A stretch of DNA of 64,000 nt from Phoronis australis (taxonomy: Eukaryota > Animalia > Phoronida), in contig NMRA01000528.1 in the NCBI GenBank assembly GCA_002633005.1, positions 1 through 64,000 of the forward strand. The letters run 5' to 3'. The position numbers and the translations under genes were made by a program. Below the pieces are notes generated by a model. It was given only the letters and a program-made list of their open reading frames with translations, did not search any database and was not told the origin of the DNA. Shown piece by piece: positions 23,723-38,163 of this stretch (position 1 is its first letter; each line of letters begins with the position of its first letter).

Positions 23723-24244
23723 CTAGGGAAACGTCATGGACACTCTAGTTTTTTTGGTTCAAAACATTCTACTGCAGTCACTTGTGATTTAAAGCCATCG
23801 TCTACACACTCCGAGATGTTGTGGATACTTTTTATCCCGCAATAAAAGCCTGAACAGTAAACTCATACAGTTATTGCCACTGCAAGATAACGATTTGGCG
23901 CAGAAACATGCTTCAGTGTTCCGTAGAAAAAGCTCCCATGTGTTGTGTCATTCACAGCACTGCTCAGGGAAGAGATATATTAGGAGAATATGTCAAATTT
24001 GAAAATCAACTCGGTGGGGGAAGCCACCCTGGTTGCTATGATCTCACACACACCTCAACTTTATTCAGTTTTCTACTGTGAAAGCCGATACAGCGTTATG
24101 CCAAGTGTGGACTACCTCGCAAGGTTTTCTTGGCTAGTATTACAAAAAATGCTTGGGTTCATTAAAACACTGTTTCTACCAACTTTTGTGTTACTATTGG
24201 GAGGATTTTATGTTCACTGTAAGCAACTTGTTTTTGAAGTTCCG

Positions 24245-24315
24245 AAAGTGACCAGTACCAAAAGTGACCAGTACCAAAAGTGACCAGTGCCAAAAGTGAC
24301 CAGTACCAAAAGTGA
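24245..24315. repeat. 16-bp minisatellite (aaagtgaccagtacca) x ~4.4
   Basis: Directly visible tandem repeat. Confidence 0.95.
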
Positions 24316-24857
24316 ACCAGAAAATGTAAAGTTACAGCTTGTGCATGCTCTAAATTCAAATCCTCCACTACATTGTCAAAAAAAAAACATGTGGCTCCAA
24401 ACAATAACAGGAACCTATCACCAGCGCAACTGATACGGTCCGAGGCAATCATTTGAAGACAACTACACCTATGACGACTCATGCTACGTGCACAATATTT
24501 TGCTGATTTGTTTCAGATGATTGTTTTAACCTTCCACTTTGTTCAATTACTAGCCAGCGCTTCCATCGATTACTACACAGGTTATTTTTGAACTCTGATA
24601 AGTCTAAAGATATTTGAAACTTTCAACGGACTTTGAAGAGCAAGAAATGAGGAAAATCTGTAACATTTGAAAATCCATACATATTGATTATTTAGGTCCT
24701 TAACGATCGTAGAATACGGTAGATATGTAACATCTGGCGGCTCTGGTGTTAGTACATCAAAAGGAAATGTTCATCAGAGAAAAATTGACATCTCCGACTG
24801 AAAACAAACCACAACAGCGGCCATGTTTTTAGTGGCCATGTTGGATTCGAAACCAAC

Positions 24858-24969
24858 CTTGTAGTTCACAGCAAAGGTAGACACTTGCAAAGCCATAGAG
24901 ATTATATAGACCGTTGTGTTCAGCAGATTGGGCTCAAACTTCTTCTCCAAGTCAACGAATTCGGTCTCC
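24858..24969 (-). CDS. ATP13A1: ATP13A1 exon [37 protein letters not shown]
   Basis: 112 nt, phase 2-0, tttcag/GTTGG; conserved FEP.L.N.TVYI..MA.Q..TFAVNY motif. Confidence 0.93.
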
Positions 24970-25773
24970 CTGAAATGGATGAACGTAGTGGTAACACTCA
25001 CGCGTCACTGTGTGGAGACTACCAACCACACAACTATGAATCAATAGAATCACAATAGTATTTTGAAATCCTGGAAATTTCATAGGCATCTTTTTATAGA
25101 AATTATTTCCCATGCCGTTAAGAATCTAAACATGTTCTGTAACCCCAATTGAGAGGCCTTGAAAACGGTCTTTTCAGACGTTTGTTAGAGTGATAATCTG
25201 TTTATTTTAAGGGTTCAGAACTGCAATCCTGCCATTGGCCGAGAGCAGTCAGGCTCGGAATTTTAATTGAAACAAAACTCTTAACTCATGAACGAGGAAC
25301 CCAGTCTAGCCTTTGGATGATGATTGTCCCAGGGTTGGAGTTTGCTAATAGGAACACAATAGTCCATTATATTCAGTCCAGCTGGTTTGGCTGCTTGGCC
25401 ACCTATGTAATCCTTTAGGTCATAAACCCAGGTGCCTGTTAGCTCTTGGCAGACCCGCCAGATGGTTATTTGTTGGGAGGGAATGGGGTATTTGAAACTT
25501 GTACTTAAGTTCTAAAATTCAAATGGACTTCGGCTTGGAATTTCACCTGTACTAGGTCAATCAAGTAAATAAATTTTCCTTTGCATCCAATAGGTTAGAC
25601 AAGTGAAATTTCCTTTCGTCCAATTTCTAAAAAAAAGTATAGATTAAGCAAATTTTGCCCAGCTTGTACCGAGTAAAAGTCACAAAACCACGTTTGGTAA
25701 AATTTCCGTTAGTTGAACAATTGATATCCAGCTATCACCAGGTCAAAGTCAAGGCATAACGACCACTACTTAC

Positions 25774-25916
25774 CTGGGTGGGGACCGAGCCATAGCCTCC
25801 TGTGCTAGGAAGACTAGACAGGTGAAATGTATAGCAAACTGAGAGAAGATGGTGAGAATCGTATAGACGTTGAATATATTTGGCAGCGGCCGGTGATGCG
25901 ACAGTACCTTGAGGGG
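25774..25916 (-). CDS. ATP13A1: ATP13A1 exon [22 protein letters not shown]...ARSPPR
   Basis: 143 nt, phase 0-2, tttacag/GTAAGT; conserved [10 protein letters not shown] motif. Confidence 0.93.
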
Positions 25917-26811
25917 CTGTAAACACACGGGAGACAATACACTGACTGGACAAAGTTCTGACGAAAAAAATGCGACTGGGGGAGTGAATGAGTTATCCAT
26001 TTCCTTCTGTCTAGAATCCGTTTCAATGCTGGCTTAAGCTCGACAACTCATGCTCCACACACTTTATTGAAACTCCCTCAGTGTGAGCAAAACCAGTCAA
26101 AAGTAAGCAACTAGTGGCTACATTAAACTCGGGATAAAATTTGAAAGAAAATGCTACTTGATTGTGAGAAACAAATGACTAAACTGTCAATTTGAAATAA
26201 GGTAATTCTGGCGAGAAATTTGTCTTAGTTTGATGGTGCCAGCCAAGAGTTCAGTCAAAGACTGCCAGTTAAGCTTGGAAATTACTGACGCACACCTTAA
26301 GAACTACGGAATACAAACCAGTCTCATGTGAGTACAGATTAAGAGGAAACGCAAGAACCTCCTATATATGAGGTGACTTTCAGAAAACAATCAACAATGT
26401 CGACATTTTGATGAGCAAAGTGTCTGATATCCATTTCATAACAAAAAGAATTATCACCACAAGGACAAAAGACACCATAACTGAATGCTATAGTCTTGCA
26501 CTACAGTTGATAACGCTTCATGTTTGGAAAATGCCTGAAAAATGCAACACTTCAGTCAACTATAATGCGGCCCATAACATTTTGTATTTGTCACATCAGA
26601 CTAGAAGATCACACCAACTCACAACTTCACAATAAGCTCAAAGAATACCATGTGATTGACTGTTTATTTGATCTGACCTTGCATTTTACCTTCAGAAAGT
26701 GCCCAAGGTTTCACTTTAAGCCTTAGGACAGCAGTCATTGGAAGACCAACTGGGTCACAAACTTTGACCTAAGATTTATATGGGCAACGAGAGTGGCCAA
26801 ATACAATTTAC

Positions 26812-27008
26812 CTTAGACCTAGAAATAAATAGAAAACAGCCAGCCAATAGGAGGCCTTGCACAGTGGCTTGAGTGTCACTGAACTTGATTCCCTCCAGAT
26901 AGAGGACGCTCTGACTGTAGGCAAGGATGAGTGCATTGAGAGCGAGTATCTTGAACATCTGTAGGGTCGTGACCAGGGTACAGCGGCCCTGCTTGATAAT
27001 GTGAAGCA
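26812..27008 (-). CDS. ATP13A1: ATP13A1 exon [45 protein letters not shown]...FISRSK
   Basis: 197 nt, phase 1-0, ttccag/GTAAA; diagnostic P5A TM5-6 sequence. Confidence 0.96.
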
Positions 27009-28081
27009 CTGGAAGAATATAGGATGGGTGAAGGGTACGGGGATCAGACTTGGTAATTGTAGTAGCATGATTAATGCTTACTGGACAGAGACTTGTTCAG
27101 TGAATACTGCACCATTTCCAACAGGGGTCAGGCTAATACATAGACATTTAAAACAAATTACACATGGTAAGTGTAATACATGAAGGTAATTTGGAAATTT
27201 AAAAATAACACGTGACAAAGAAACAACAACAACAACACTCTGCAGACAATAATGCAACAAAAGAAACCTACACATGGTCTTGAGTTAACACGTTACAAAG
27301 TTTAATGTGAGCATTATGATAATTTCTTATCTCATCAGCTCTTTCTGTACAAATGAGCAAAGTGTGCGACCATTTCCATATAATGATTTTACAGACTACA
27401 ACGGTTGCAGTGCAACATCGACTTCTGAGTTTACATTTTGGCAAAATGGATGGCTGCAGGTACTCAGCAGATCTTCTACTCTTACTGCAAGACGACAGCA
27501 CACGCTTTGCTGATAAGTCAGGACAATAGGTGGCGCAACATGCATACATCAGTTGTATAAAGAAGTTCCAAGATTCACTGGGTTGTAATTTCAACAGTTC
27601 AACAAGCATAAACAAAAAAAAATGTTTTATCATATTTTTAATAACATTATACAACTCCAGCTTTAAATTCATGAAAAGTAAGCAAGTAAAAACTTTTGTC
27701 CCAAAAATAAAACATCACATGAGAAGCTTACGGTGAAATCATCACTGCTACATCCAGTACAGGTATATAATAAAATATTTCTCAGAGCTTTGACTGGATC
27801 AAAGCGGGATTTCAAAATGATTTTCATGGACTTTTGACAAACATCTCAAGCTATAGCATTGCTGATACTAAGTGTGATGTTGATCCTCATATACAAATCT
27901 GTGAATTCAGCCAAATATCTCGAAACCATAGAGTTCAAGACAGTAAAACGATTCCTATTATGAAAGGAGAGTTTGATTTATGACTTTATAATAAATAATC
28001 TGCGGTTAATGTGGTCACATTCATTTGGCATCTGTAAAACTTAGCAAAAAAGAAAGGAACGACCATAGCAAGACGGAAGTA

Positions 28082-28204
28082 GGCAGTGTGGCCTAGTGAG
28101 ATAAGAGTCAGCTTCCTTTGCTCAAGGTTGTGGGTTAAAGTCCCAATGGGGCACACTGCTAGACCCTCGAGTCAGGTCTCCAGCTCCTTAGCTCGGTTTT
28201 AACT
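28082..28204 (+). mobile_element. tRNA-derived SINE head
   Basis: A-box-like tggcctagtg and B-box-like ggttaaagtcc; homologous to 22857-22978. Confidence 0.72.
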
Positions 28205-29204
28205 ATATATTAGCACAAAAACGGCCACAGGTGATCAGTGTAATGGTACCACCTGAGCGGCGTGCACACAATGTGTACTAGACAGACGTTCTCAATAACA
28301 GGACCGTATTTTGTTCGATATTAATGCTCCACATTGAAATCTCAGAAACACTAGCTGTTACAGCTCAGTATGCGGTCGCAACTCGTATTCTGTGTTGAAT
28401 TTTTTGGTGCGGAGTGTTAGTTTGAGGGGTGACAAGGATTCTGCTTTGGGCACTAGGGAGGACGTGAGCAACAACAACAGTGCGTAACCCCTTTAATGTC
28501 ATACCGTCGGTCTGGACATAAATTATGCTAACAAGTCGGATATTCCATTGAGTGAGCTCTGACTTGATGGCAACAGTAACCGTTCTTATATTAGTAGATC
28601 ATGCTGAGTGGATCAGGAAGAGATGATAATCAACGCAGATAAGACCTTGTCCCTCGCACGTGTGGTTAACCAGTAGACTAGTCGGGAGAGAATTGAGGAT
28701 CCTTAACCATGTAGTATATAAATAGAATTGCTAAATATGTGTTTCATCACTTAAAAGCCATGTTTTGCTCGAGGGCAGTGCACAGCTGATCAGATTGAAA
28801 TTTCATAAGTGGTTCACTCTAGCATAATTACAATCTCCTGCCCAGTTCGAAATCATCTCTTTTCAAGAGCGTGAGAGTATGACAGCTCTGAGATGAATAT
28901 GACACCATTGATTTTTACCCCCGACAAGGAGTTCCAAGAATGCGAATGAATTGGAGAAGAATCAGTTTGATTTTAGACAGCAAGCAGAATGTACCAGAAA
29001 AGTGAGAATCAATATTATTGCCGAGCTTTTTAAATGACAGGGAATAAGACGATAAATCATGACACTAGGCGATTTATTTTACTTGAGTTCTACAGGACAC
29101 GATTCATTTTTTGACATTTCGTGACAATGACTGTATTCTATAATCTGTTAACATAAGACGAGGTCTACTGTAATGCACTGCTAGTGTATAAACCAGGCAC
29201 TTAC

Positions 29205-29322
29205 CACAGGTTGTAGTTGACAGTTTGGAGGTGAAAGGCGACGCGATACTAGCGTCCCCCAGCTTAACCACTTGCGCCTTCTCCTGTTCTTCGATTTCTT
29301 GTAACATTTCTTGAACTTTGCG
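29205..29322 (-). CDS. ATP13A1: ATP13A1 exon RKVQEMLQEIEEQEKAQVVKLGDASIASPFTSKLSTTTC
   Basis: 118 nt, phase 0-1, tccag/GTAAGT; KLGDASIA.PFTSK motif. Confidence 0.95.
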
Positions 29323-30931
29323 CTGGATAAGAAAACATCATCACCCTATATCTGTCATCAAACTTTGCACCTGACAGTATTATTTCTGCACAAAAATAAA
29401 ATTCAAACATACTTTTTTGTGACTTTTCAAAAGCCAACTACGATAATCCATTCTTTATTTCGCTCATAAAATGGCTGGCAACTGAAATTCTCTTTTGTCA
29501 ATTTCCTCACCACCAAAATAAAGATAAAGTCTAATCTACTAGTAACAAGACCTGAACTGTGTAGAGGCCATAGAACAATATCTGATGAATTTTTCATTAC
29601 TTGCAGTAAAGCAATCGACCTTTTAAAAATGAAGGAAATGGCAATTCAACGAATTATTGTGGTACGAAATGACTGGAGGAATACCGTACTAAAAATTTAA
29701 AACTGTTATAGAGTGTAAGTTAAATGTCACCATATGGCTCATTGATAATCTTTTTTCGTTTGTTTGGTTAAGAAGCACTAAATAAGGAACACGATTATAC
29801 AGTCTGAAGTGGTATTGCTATAACTACCATGATTAGACCAAGTTTTCAGAAACTGCGAGCATACAGAACGTCTGAAGTCAATGAAAAATAAAAGACCCAT
29901 TTTGGCAGTTAATTGTGTCCAACATGGGTGAGTTTTTACGGTATTGATTGCAGCAGAGTATAACACACAACACTATTGACTGAGAAGCAGAATTTTAAAA
30001 AGGATTATATTTTTGCTGGAAATTTTGACAAAAAGCAATTTTATCCATCAAACATATTCTGCACTAAGCCGCTTAATGTGTTATTTACAGGACAAATACC
30101 TACGTGGCAAATGATCACCTATTATGAAAATGTGATGGAGAAGTGAAATTTTACGTTTCTTGTCACACTTCTCAACGAAACAGATAGTTCAACTGTTACA
30201 AGTTACACATAATCTATGAACAAGTCACACTGAACATAAAGAATCTAATGCGTAATCACATGAGCACCAAGCTGTGCTGGCAAATAAGTATTGCTACTCA
30301 AAATAGATGTAGCTATGTGAAGTGGAGTTTATGAATTAATCACCTCTATATTTTGTTCTTTTTTCATAAATTCAAATGTTCACTAGTGCTAGTGTAGCAA
30401 CAATTCAAAGACTTGCCGACAACATTGTTACTAAAGAAAACATTGAATTGAAATTGATTCCAAGACAGTAAAATCGACTGTGTGATATCACAAACATTTT
30501 AAAATTCAGACAAGTACATGACGCAGTGTCACACTGGCTGCCAGCAAGTCTTCATTGGGTAGTAGTAGAGCGCCATCTGTTGTTGACTGAATAAGCTTAA
30601 CTTCTATGTTTTGATGTGGTCTCATCGGCGAACAGCCTTGTCAATACTTGGTGAAAATGTAACTCAAAACCGATATAGAATCAACCCTCAAATAGGAAAA
30701 CGTTTTCTGACTGATTCCAAAACGCTTCTGATTTCCAACACTATGTAAAGCTCATTTGAATTGACATATTCGTCTAGTAAATATCTATGCAACATTTTCC
30801 ATTTAAAAACCTACTAAAATTACATGCATAGCTATTTGTTAAAGATACACAGTCCGAACATAAAACTGGACTGTGTAACTTTAAAAAAGAACTTCATGGT
30901 CAACAGAGATGTGGCAAATCATAACACTCAC

Positions 30932-31219
30932 GTGCCCTTGTGCTAGATTACTACCACGAGCAATGGCACGTGATTTCGCGGCCCTGCCTGTCGGCTTCCC
31001 TCCTCGAAGCGCCAGCTTATCACCAGGTGTCATTTGCTTTTCTCCGTCATCAGCGACCTGTGGTGCAGATTTCTTCTTCTTCTCGGGTAATCTCTCGGGG
31101 GCATTGGCTAGCAGTGCCACGCCCACGTGGGCATGCTTCAGCGCGCCCACGTCATTCGTGCCATCCCCGCACATGAGCGTGACGAACCCCATCTGCTTCA
31201 AGGTGGTGATGACGAATTC
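30932..31219 (-). CDS. ATP13A1: ATP13A1 exon [37 protein letters not shown]...QGH
   Basis: 288 nt, phase 0-0, ctcag/GTGAG; P-domain GDGTND motif followed by the Lys/Arg-rich P5A insert. Confidence 0.96.
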
Positions 31220-31734
31220 CTGAGACAGAAATCAGGTGAATTCACTGCATAGACACAGACACATGCACGTGCACATGCACACAAACTCACGCACACAAAA
31301 AGTCCTCAATATCCATTATGGGACGTAGTGACTGTGTTAAATAGTTCATACAGCCATGTGTAGTCTGATTTCGAAGTCAAATTCAAATTAAAATAGAATG
31401 CCTGCCATGGAGAATCAGATCGCAGAAAATTGTCATAATCCACTCGGTGTAAAAATGTTACGTTCTGTCTTTAGTAATGCAGACAACACAGGAGAATCAA
31501 AACATATCATTGCTGCTCAACAGACTGGTTTTCCTTAGTGCGACTGTTTTATTCAAGCGAATCACTCACAGAGAGCCTCGTCATACAACAAGCTCAAAGA
31601 AAATACAAAACACAACAAGAGCAAGGCAGAGCATTGAAATGTGCCCACGACTGTACCGCAAACGGTGTTAATGCATCTAAGACTGTTTATTTGTATCATA
31701 AAAATAGCTATTAGATGACAGAATACATTGAACC

Positions 31735-32730
31735 CAGGGCTCAACACTAACGGTTGCCCGATTGCCCGTGTACATGTAGATTTTGCGTTGGGCAAGTGGA
31801 ATATGAAAAGTACTTGCCCGATGGGCAAGTTAAAAAGCTGGCCGCATAGGCCAATAGATCCTAAGATTGTCTGCTCGACATTTGCTCCAAAGTAACGAAC
31901 CCCGACACAAACCTAAATACTGTCAAAAAAACCCCGGTAGCCATCAAAGAAGCTCCCGTCTTCGAATGAGCACCGCAATGAAAATTGAACCAGTGTGACG
32001 CTGCGTGCACACATGACCCCCATGGTCAAATCCTTTAGATTCTCTGAACGAGGCCTGCAGTTTCTAAATAAGTTGTCACATGATACTATTGATAGTCTGC
32101 ACTCTGGCAAAATGTCTAGACAACGAAGCCTGGGAGGAATACAGTCTTCAGGATTGTCGCTCAGAAGGGTGACTTTTTCGCGGTCCATTTATTTTTCAAA
32201 ATTGTAATTATTTATTCAAATAAAAGTATATGTGGCATCATTATATGTTAAAATTTGATTTTAAACCAATGCAAGGTAACGATGACCGAAACTGTGCAAG
32301 ATTTTTACGGATAGCAAATTCAAAATATTCAGGTTAGAAAACAAAACAAATCCAGACTACCTGGTAATTTAATGCATGAAGCCTTGAGGGCATATAAACT
32401 ATGAATACACATAAGTGTCTTGAGCACATGTCCTAGATCATTTCAGCACCTGTGAGCGTGAGACAATCGTTCAGGTAGCATTGTTACTCTGCTAATTTGT
32501 CTCTTTAGTGTTTTGACACACCTTATAAATAAATGTTTCTAGAAGAAGAATTGTTAAAAATATATATAGCAACTCAAGTATATAGCATACACAACACAAG
32601 AGGAGGCTCAGCACAGACAGCCCTATGGTAACACATTACCTAGCTGTGCATATGCACGGTGCTATTTGAGATTGTACTTGGGGCAAGTCAGTTTGTTGTT
32701 CGTGCAAGTAAAAATTTCAACTACTTGCCC
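31735..32730. mobile_element. Degenerate hAT-like element with gggcaagt/acttgccc subterminal repeats
   Basis: Starts cagggctcaacactaac and has repeated gggcaag(t) motifs at both ends. The internal peptide SERGLQFLNKLSHDTIDSL weakly resembles the hAT C-terminal dimerisation region. Confidence 0.45.
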
Positions 32731-33665
32731 AAATGTATCAATTAACCACAAATCGTGACAGTTAAAAATAAATTTGAGTTGGGAAATTTCGTTAACAAAT
32801 TTCACCCATCAAATAATATTTTAAGTTTTTCTTTCAAAACAGTCAACAAAAATCCATCAAGTTGAAAAATCGGTAAAACTTAGACGAAAAGAATCCACTT
32901 AATCTTCAAACGATTTTTGGTTGGTATATTTCCCTATATTTTTCCATTTCGTTTTCTCTACAATTTCATCACATCTAGACAAATTCTGACACAATTTGTC
33001 ATTTTTTACAAAGTATAATAGACTGCAAATTGCCAGACAGTAGGCTACAAAGGTCTCGCCATGAACGTCATCAAGTTAACAGACAGAAATTTGGTTTAAT
33101 GACCCCACTTCAAAATTTGGGCCTAAACTCCCACCACAAATTGACCTATCGCCAGGATTTTGAGTGACAGCTTTACTGACCAATCAGAACGCAGCATTCT
33201 TGACAAACTTTTTGTTTCCAAGCCACCACTGTACCCGAAAAATACACATTGTCGAGTAAAACTTGTTTTTTTGTTAACTTTGCACAAGGGGGCGGAATTT
33301 GCGATAAGTCAGTTGCTGAAAGACGGTTTAGCCAGGCAAGTAATTAAGAGCACACGGCAACCTAGAAATAATTTAAAGAAATTATCTTGATAAGAGCAGT
33401 TATTTGAATATTCCCAGAGACTTTCCACTTTTGCTCAAGTGAGATCTAATAATTTTTATGTGGAGAATAAGACCAAACTTTTGACTTTACATGAAACGGA
33501 TCCCAGATGTGCACAGATGACAAATCCACCAAAATGAAGTGTTGGCGTTCTTATCTAATCTACCGAAATCATTTCAACACTCAATGCCAGTAACTAAAAC
33601 TGAAGGTCAGGCAGATTATGTTGCAAGGGTAAATTAAGGCCGAGTAAAACTTCTGGAATCATGTA

Positions 33666-33873
33666 CAGGGTGTCAAGTAACATAAGGCCTTGAAAAAATA
33701 AGAAAATAGAAATTTTCAATAAAAAATAAGAAAAAACAGGAAAAATAGGATCATCTTTAAATTGTTGTCTCTGCACAAAACACGAAAAACAAAAAAATAG
33801 GAATTTCACAAAAAAGTAGGAGAAAATAAGAATCCCTCAAAAATATAGGAAATAAAGAAAAGTTTACACCCTG
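33666..33873. mobile_element. MITE with internal (aaaaatagga) repeats
   Basis: TIRs cagggtgt / acaccctg; imperfect flanking duplication catgta / catgtc. Confidence 0.65.
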
Positions 33874-35845
33874 CATGTCTTCGAATTTGATTAGCTTTGG
33901 AACAAAGGGAATATGGAATGTCAAAAATGAAGTCCTGAGCCGTTGCTTTACGATGGAATTGTGATAACCCAGCTGTCTCTTGTTAGAGGGTAAATAAAAG
34001 AATTTGAAACACTGTTCCCCAAAAACTGGATACTACGATTAAATAGCTCGGAATGATTTTTCAAATGTTTCACTTTTGCAGGAGGGACTATCAAAAAATA
34101 GGACACTATGATTTTTTTCGTCAAAACATGTGTAGTGCCATATTATCATACTTGGTCCAAGTTTTACACCTTAGATACCGTTACACCCTATTGAAAAAAC
34201 TGCCGCCATATTGAACAATTCTAGAAGATCTTGAAAAATGCCTGAAATTGATTAGATTTTACCATAATGGTACACTCATTTTTGGCCATGTGTAAATCTG
34301 ACACTTAGCCTCAGTTTGAAACCGTGCAGGCTCAATAACTTGGCTACACGTGATTGGTCAGCAGTCCTTCAAGAACACTTCTCAACACAACCGACAAGAC
34401 AACCGCAACACAAGTTAAAAATATTCAAATAAAATGGCCCAGAATTCCCCACCATGATGGCTGGGTGGAAGCCAAACTCATTCTTAGTGAGTTGTTCTAT
34501 CTTATGATCAAGGATGAAGACGAAATAACAGGAAAGGAAGTCAGGTGACTAATTAGAATTTTTCCACTTCGGTGGTAATTACTGGTCATTTCTGTAGTTA
34601 AAAGAGCTAGTTGCCATGATGGAGAAACAGTGTTTTGTTTGATTACTTTTGTATTATAGTGCAAGACCAGTTCTATCAATTAAATCAACTTTTTACAGAA
34701 GACATTTTCACAGCAGCTTTAGAAATACCCTCAAACCTAATAAGACCACCGAGAGAGAAAGACCACTATAATGGTACTCAGGCCAACCATCCACAACTGG
34801 ATGACAAAATAGATAAGCTTCAGATTCGTTTCATCAATAAACAATCAAAAGTGATAAGAAGTCAAGTCTGCTGATAAGTACGAAATAAAAAGACTTAAAA
34901 GATTTTGAAACTTCAAACACCCGAAGCCAATATTCACAAGACAAACCAATATGCGCATGTTTACGCAGCTGATAACGACAAATTCCCGACATGGGGTATA
35001 TTGCCACATTGTGGTTCCAGACCTCCCACCAGTTCATTCCCTAGTTTTCTCGGAGATAACGTACAGTCGATTACAAAATTACTTAGATTACAGTGTTCAG
35101 ATGACAGTCTTGTCACCAAGGTTGAGGTTGATGATTTTGGTTATTGATGTGGATAATTGCATCATCTTTAGATAACAATTTCAGACTCACATTTTTGATG
35201 TACACTGAGGATCCTTTGATATCAAATGATACAATATCAATTCTACGAAAGGAATCCAATCTGTTCTATATTCTTGGATAGCGATACAGTACGAAACAAA
35301 AGTTATCAGGCAAAATATGATTGACGGGTCACTCTGTAAACAGTAAAAATGACTGGTAATGACGGTTATGGAGACGGTGGTCGGATCGGTATAAAATTCG
35401 TCATTACCTATCAGCCTCATCAGATCACATCTGTCGAATCTCACTATGATCCTGCAAGGGGTTTAGGAGATGCGCTGGATGCCAAAAAGAGATGACGTTA
35501 ATACGCACCGACATATAAATATTTGGATGCATAAAAACCATGCGGGACAAATTGTACTATGCCCACATCACTAAAGAATCATAGACTTGTGATATACAAA
35601 TTCAGTGCTTTTACACATCAGGAATGGCAACACAACGACTAGTACGAACATGTAAAATGTACACACTTATTCAAAATGAGCCAAAGATTTTGTACCCCAA
35701 ATTTCGTAGATTTTTGTCTTTCGTGATTAGGAGAGAACTCAACCACTATCTTATTAAGCACTTGAACCTTATGCGATAATGTGTTCACTTCAGAGGCAAC
35801 CAATGTGACTGTTCCGTTATCAGTCGGCATTCAACAAACACTCAC

Positions 35846-35938
35846 CTTCTGTTTAGGCGCCACACGAGCAAAGACCTTGACCTTGGGAAGAATACTCCTG
35901 AATAGGACAGCCTCATTCTCACAAAGATGAGTCACTGC
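35846..35938 (-). CDS. ATP13A1: ATP13A1 exon AVTHLCENEAVLFRSILPKVKVFARVAPKQK
   Basis: 93 nt, phase 0-0, ttgtag/GTGAG; VFARVAPKQK motif. Confidence 0.94.
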
Positions 35939-36367
35939 CTACAACAAAGCAAAACTGAGCGAGATCGAGATATCAAAGCCATAATCCAAGGTCTGAAATT
36001 GGCTTAAACAGTTACAAATTGTTTTACATTTTACATGCCTTTTCACCATCCTTGAAATGTGTGAGCTAATTAAGTTGAACAAAGATCCCATTCAGTGGTC
36101 AGGAAATACAGTCACATGCAAAAAATGCCACTAGGAGGTGCCACAGTAGTTGGAGCCATTCGGAAATCATCGTCAACTGTCCTCTTCCCAGTAGGAACAC
36201 ATACGGCAATTTTTTAAATACTACTACAATGGTTTGGACTTGAAAACAATTAAAAATGGCAGATACTACTTGCCAGATTCCATGAAGATCCATTACGGGA
36301 CAAAAAATTAAAAAAATGTCTGAGGGAGCACAGGAGGCGGAATTCTCGTACACAAGTATAAAATTAC

Positions 36368-36477
36368 CTCTCCTGTCAGGCAAAGGTCATAAGTGAAGAG
36401 TTCACGGGTCGTAATGCTGTTTCCATCCAAGGGCAGGGTAATGGTATCGTCTATGGACTGCCAATGCCACGATGAAT
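36368..36477 (-). CDS. ATP13A1: ATP13A1 exon (D)SSWHWQSIDDTITLPLDGNSITTRELFTYDLCLTGE, the most 5' exon recognised
   Basis: 110 nt, phase 1-0, ttttttccag/GTAAT; W.SID...LPL and LCLTG motifs. Confidence 0.9.
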
Positions 36478-38014
36478 CTGGAAAAAAGTTTAAAGCCAAT
36501 TTGATAAACAGACATTATCAATCTAGTTTTTGAAACAAATTAACATTCGCATTAATTTACCAAAAAAGTATCATTTGAACCAATAATAAACAAACACCTC
36601 TCATTTTCCCATTTTCGAAAGCTCTGTTTCATAGTGGAATGTGCACAAACTTTTTACATAATATTATGACTTATGATATGATTATGAATGTTCACTATCA
36701 GAATAACTGCTGTTTTCATTTTGTATTTAACATACCGAAAAATTGGGACAATAAAAGCATAAAAGTTGTGTAAAACAAAAAATAGATAATTATAAAACTA
36801 ATTTTTAAGATTTCACTTCTGCGATTCATATTTATTTAGAAGAAATTTGGCTATGATCTTTGTACTGAACCAGCTACCATATGCAATAAAACACCAAAAT
36901 ACGAAGTCACTTGACTCTATCCATAGAAAATGTATATAGAGTCCAAAATGAGGCTCGACACTAATCATCTCTGATGTACAGGATTTCTTCACCTATTTAA
37001 CACACAACATGGCCGACAAGGGAATTCCATTTTTTCTAATTTCTCCACAAAAATATCTATCAAGCAAATTTCAATTTATTACTGCCACGATTTGTACTGC
37101 CAGACGCTATTGAACAACTAATAGTATATGTTCAATTATTTACAGTAAAGCAATCAATCTTTGAGAATGGAAAAAGATAATTGTGGTCTTCATTTTTGTG
37201 CGAAATAATTAGAGAATCCCAGTGAAATTCTAAAGCCCAATATCTTTTTCTAAATGAATACAATAGTGGCTTAGATTACCCATGGTCTACATTGACCATT
37301 TATTTGCCTAGTGAGATTAAGCTACTCAAAAAGTTACCTACTGCCACCAGAAATGAAGTCTCAAATAACAGTGACACTTTTTCTGCCGACAGGAAACTGG
37401 AAAAGTAAACCTATCAAATGTCTAGTGTTCAAAGGATGCCTACAGCGATTCACACTAAGATAATTACCAAAACGAAAGCTTAGCCTTGCTGTAAGTGGTG
37501 AAGACTACCAGTGACGTTATACACTAACATTTGCACAGTAGTAACCAAGCTTAGAACAGAGTAATCAAATAAAGTTTTAATAATCTTTATTTTTGAGGAG
37601 ATGTTTGGCAAAACAGAATTTCACTTGTTGGCCAATATTTCAGCTAAACGCGAAGAATTAACAAATTTGTACTGCGGCTACAAATGACCACAATCTTACC
37701 CAGGGGTTGTATTAATGGTTGTACCATGCAAACTTTAATTACCAATCTTCACATTTGTTGAAAAAGTTAAGGAAATAAAATATCATGTTTCCAAAAGTGG
37801 AGTAATTAAAAATGATATTAACACCAAGTATGGAAATTGGGTGACATTTCATTTTGTCAATTTCTAGACTAATATGATTCTTACATTTTGCATGGCTTGT
37901 ATGATATGGCTTTCACCAATCAAAATTTGTCTGGAGCAATTTGCGACATGAAAATTAGCCGGTTCTGACTAACATTTCAATCGCTTTCTTAATCATTAGA
38001 TGCACTGATAGATA

Positions 38015-38163
38015 CATGGGCAGCGCACCATAGGGGGCCGGGGGGCTATAGCCCCCACTTTTTTGAGTGCTCAACGCCACACATGGTCTATAGGCGATGA
38101 ACCACAGGGAACCGAGGGGGCTTTAGCCCCCCCCCCACTTTTTTCAGTGCTGCTCTGCCCATG
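38015..38163. mobile_element. Short MITE with 5-bp TSD
   Basis: TIRs catgggcagcgca / tgctctgcccatg; TSD agata. Same family as 6931-7072. Confidence 0.8.
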
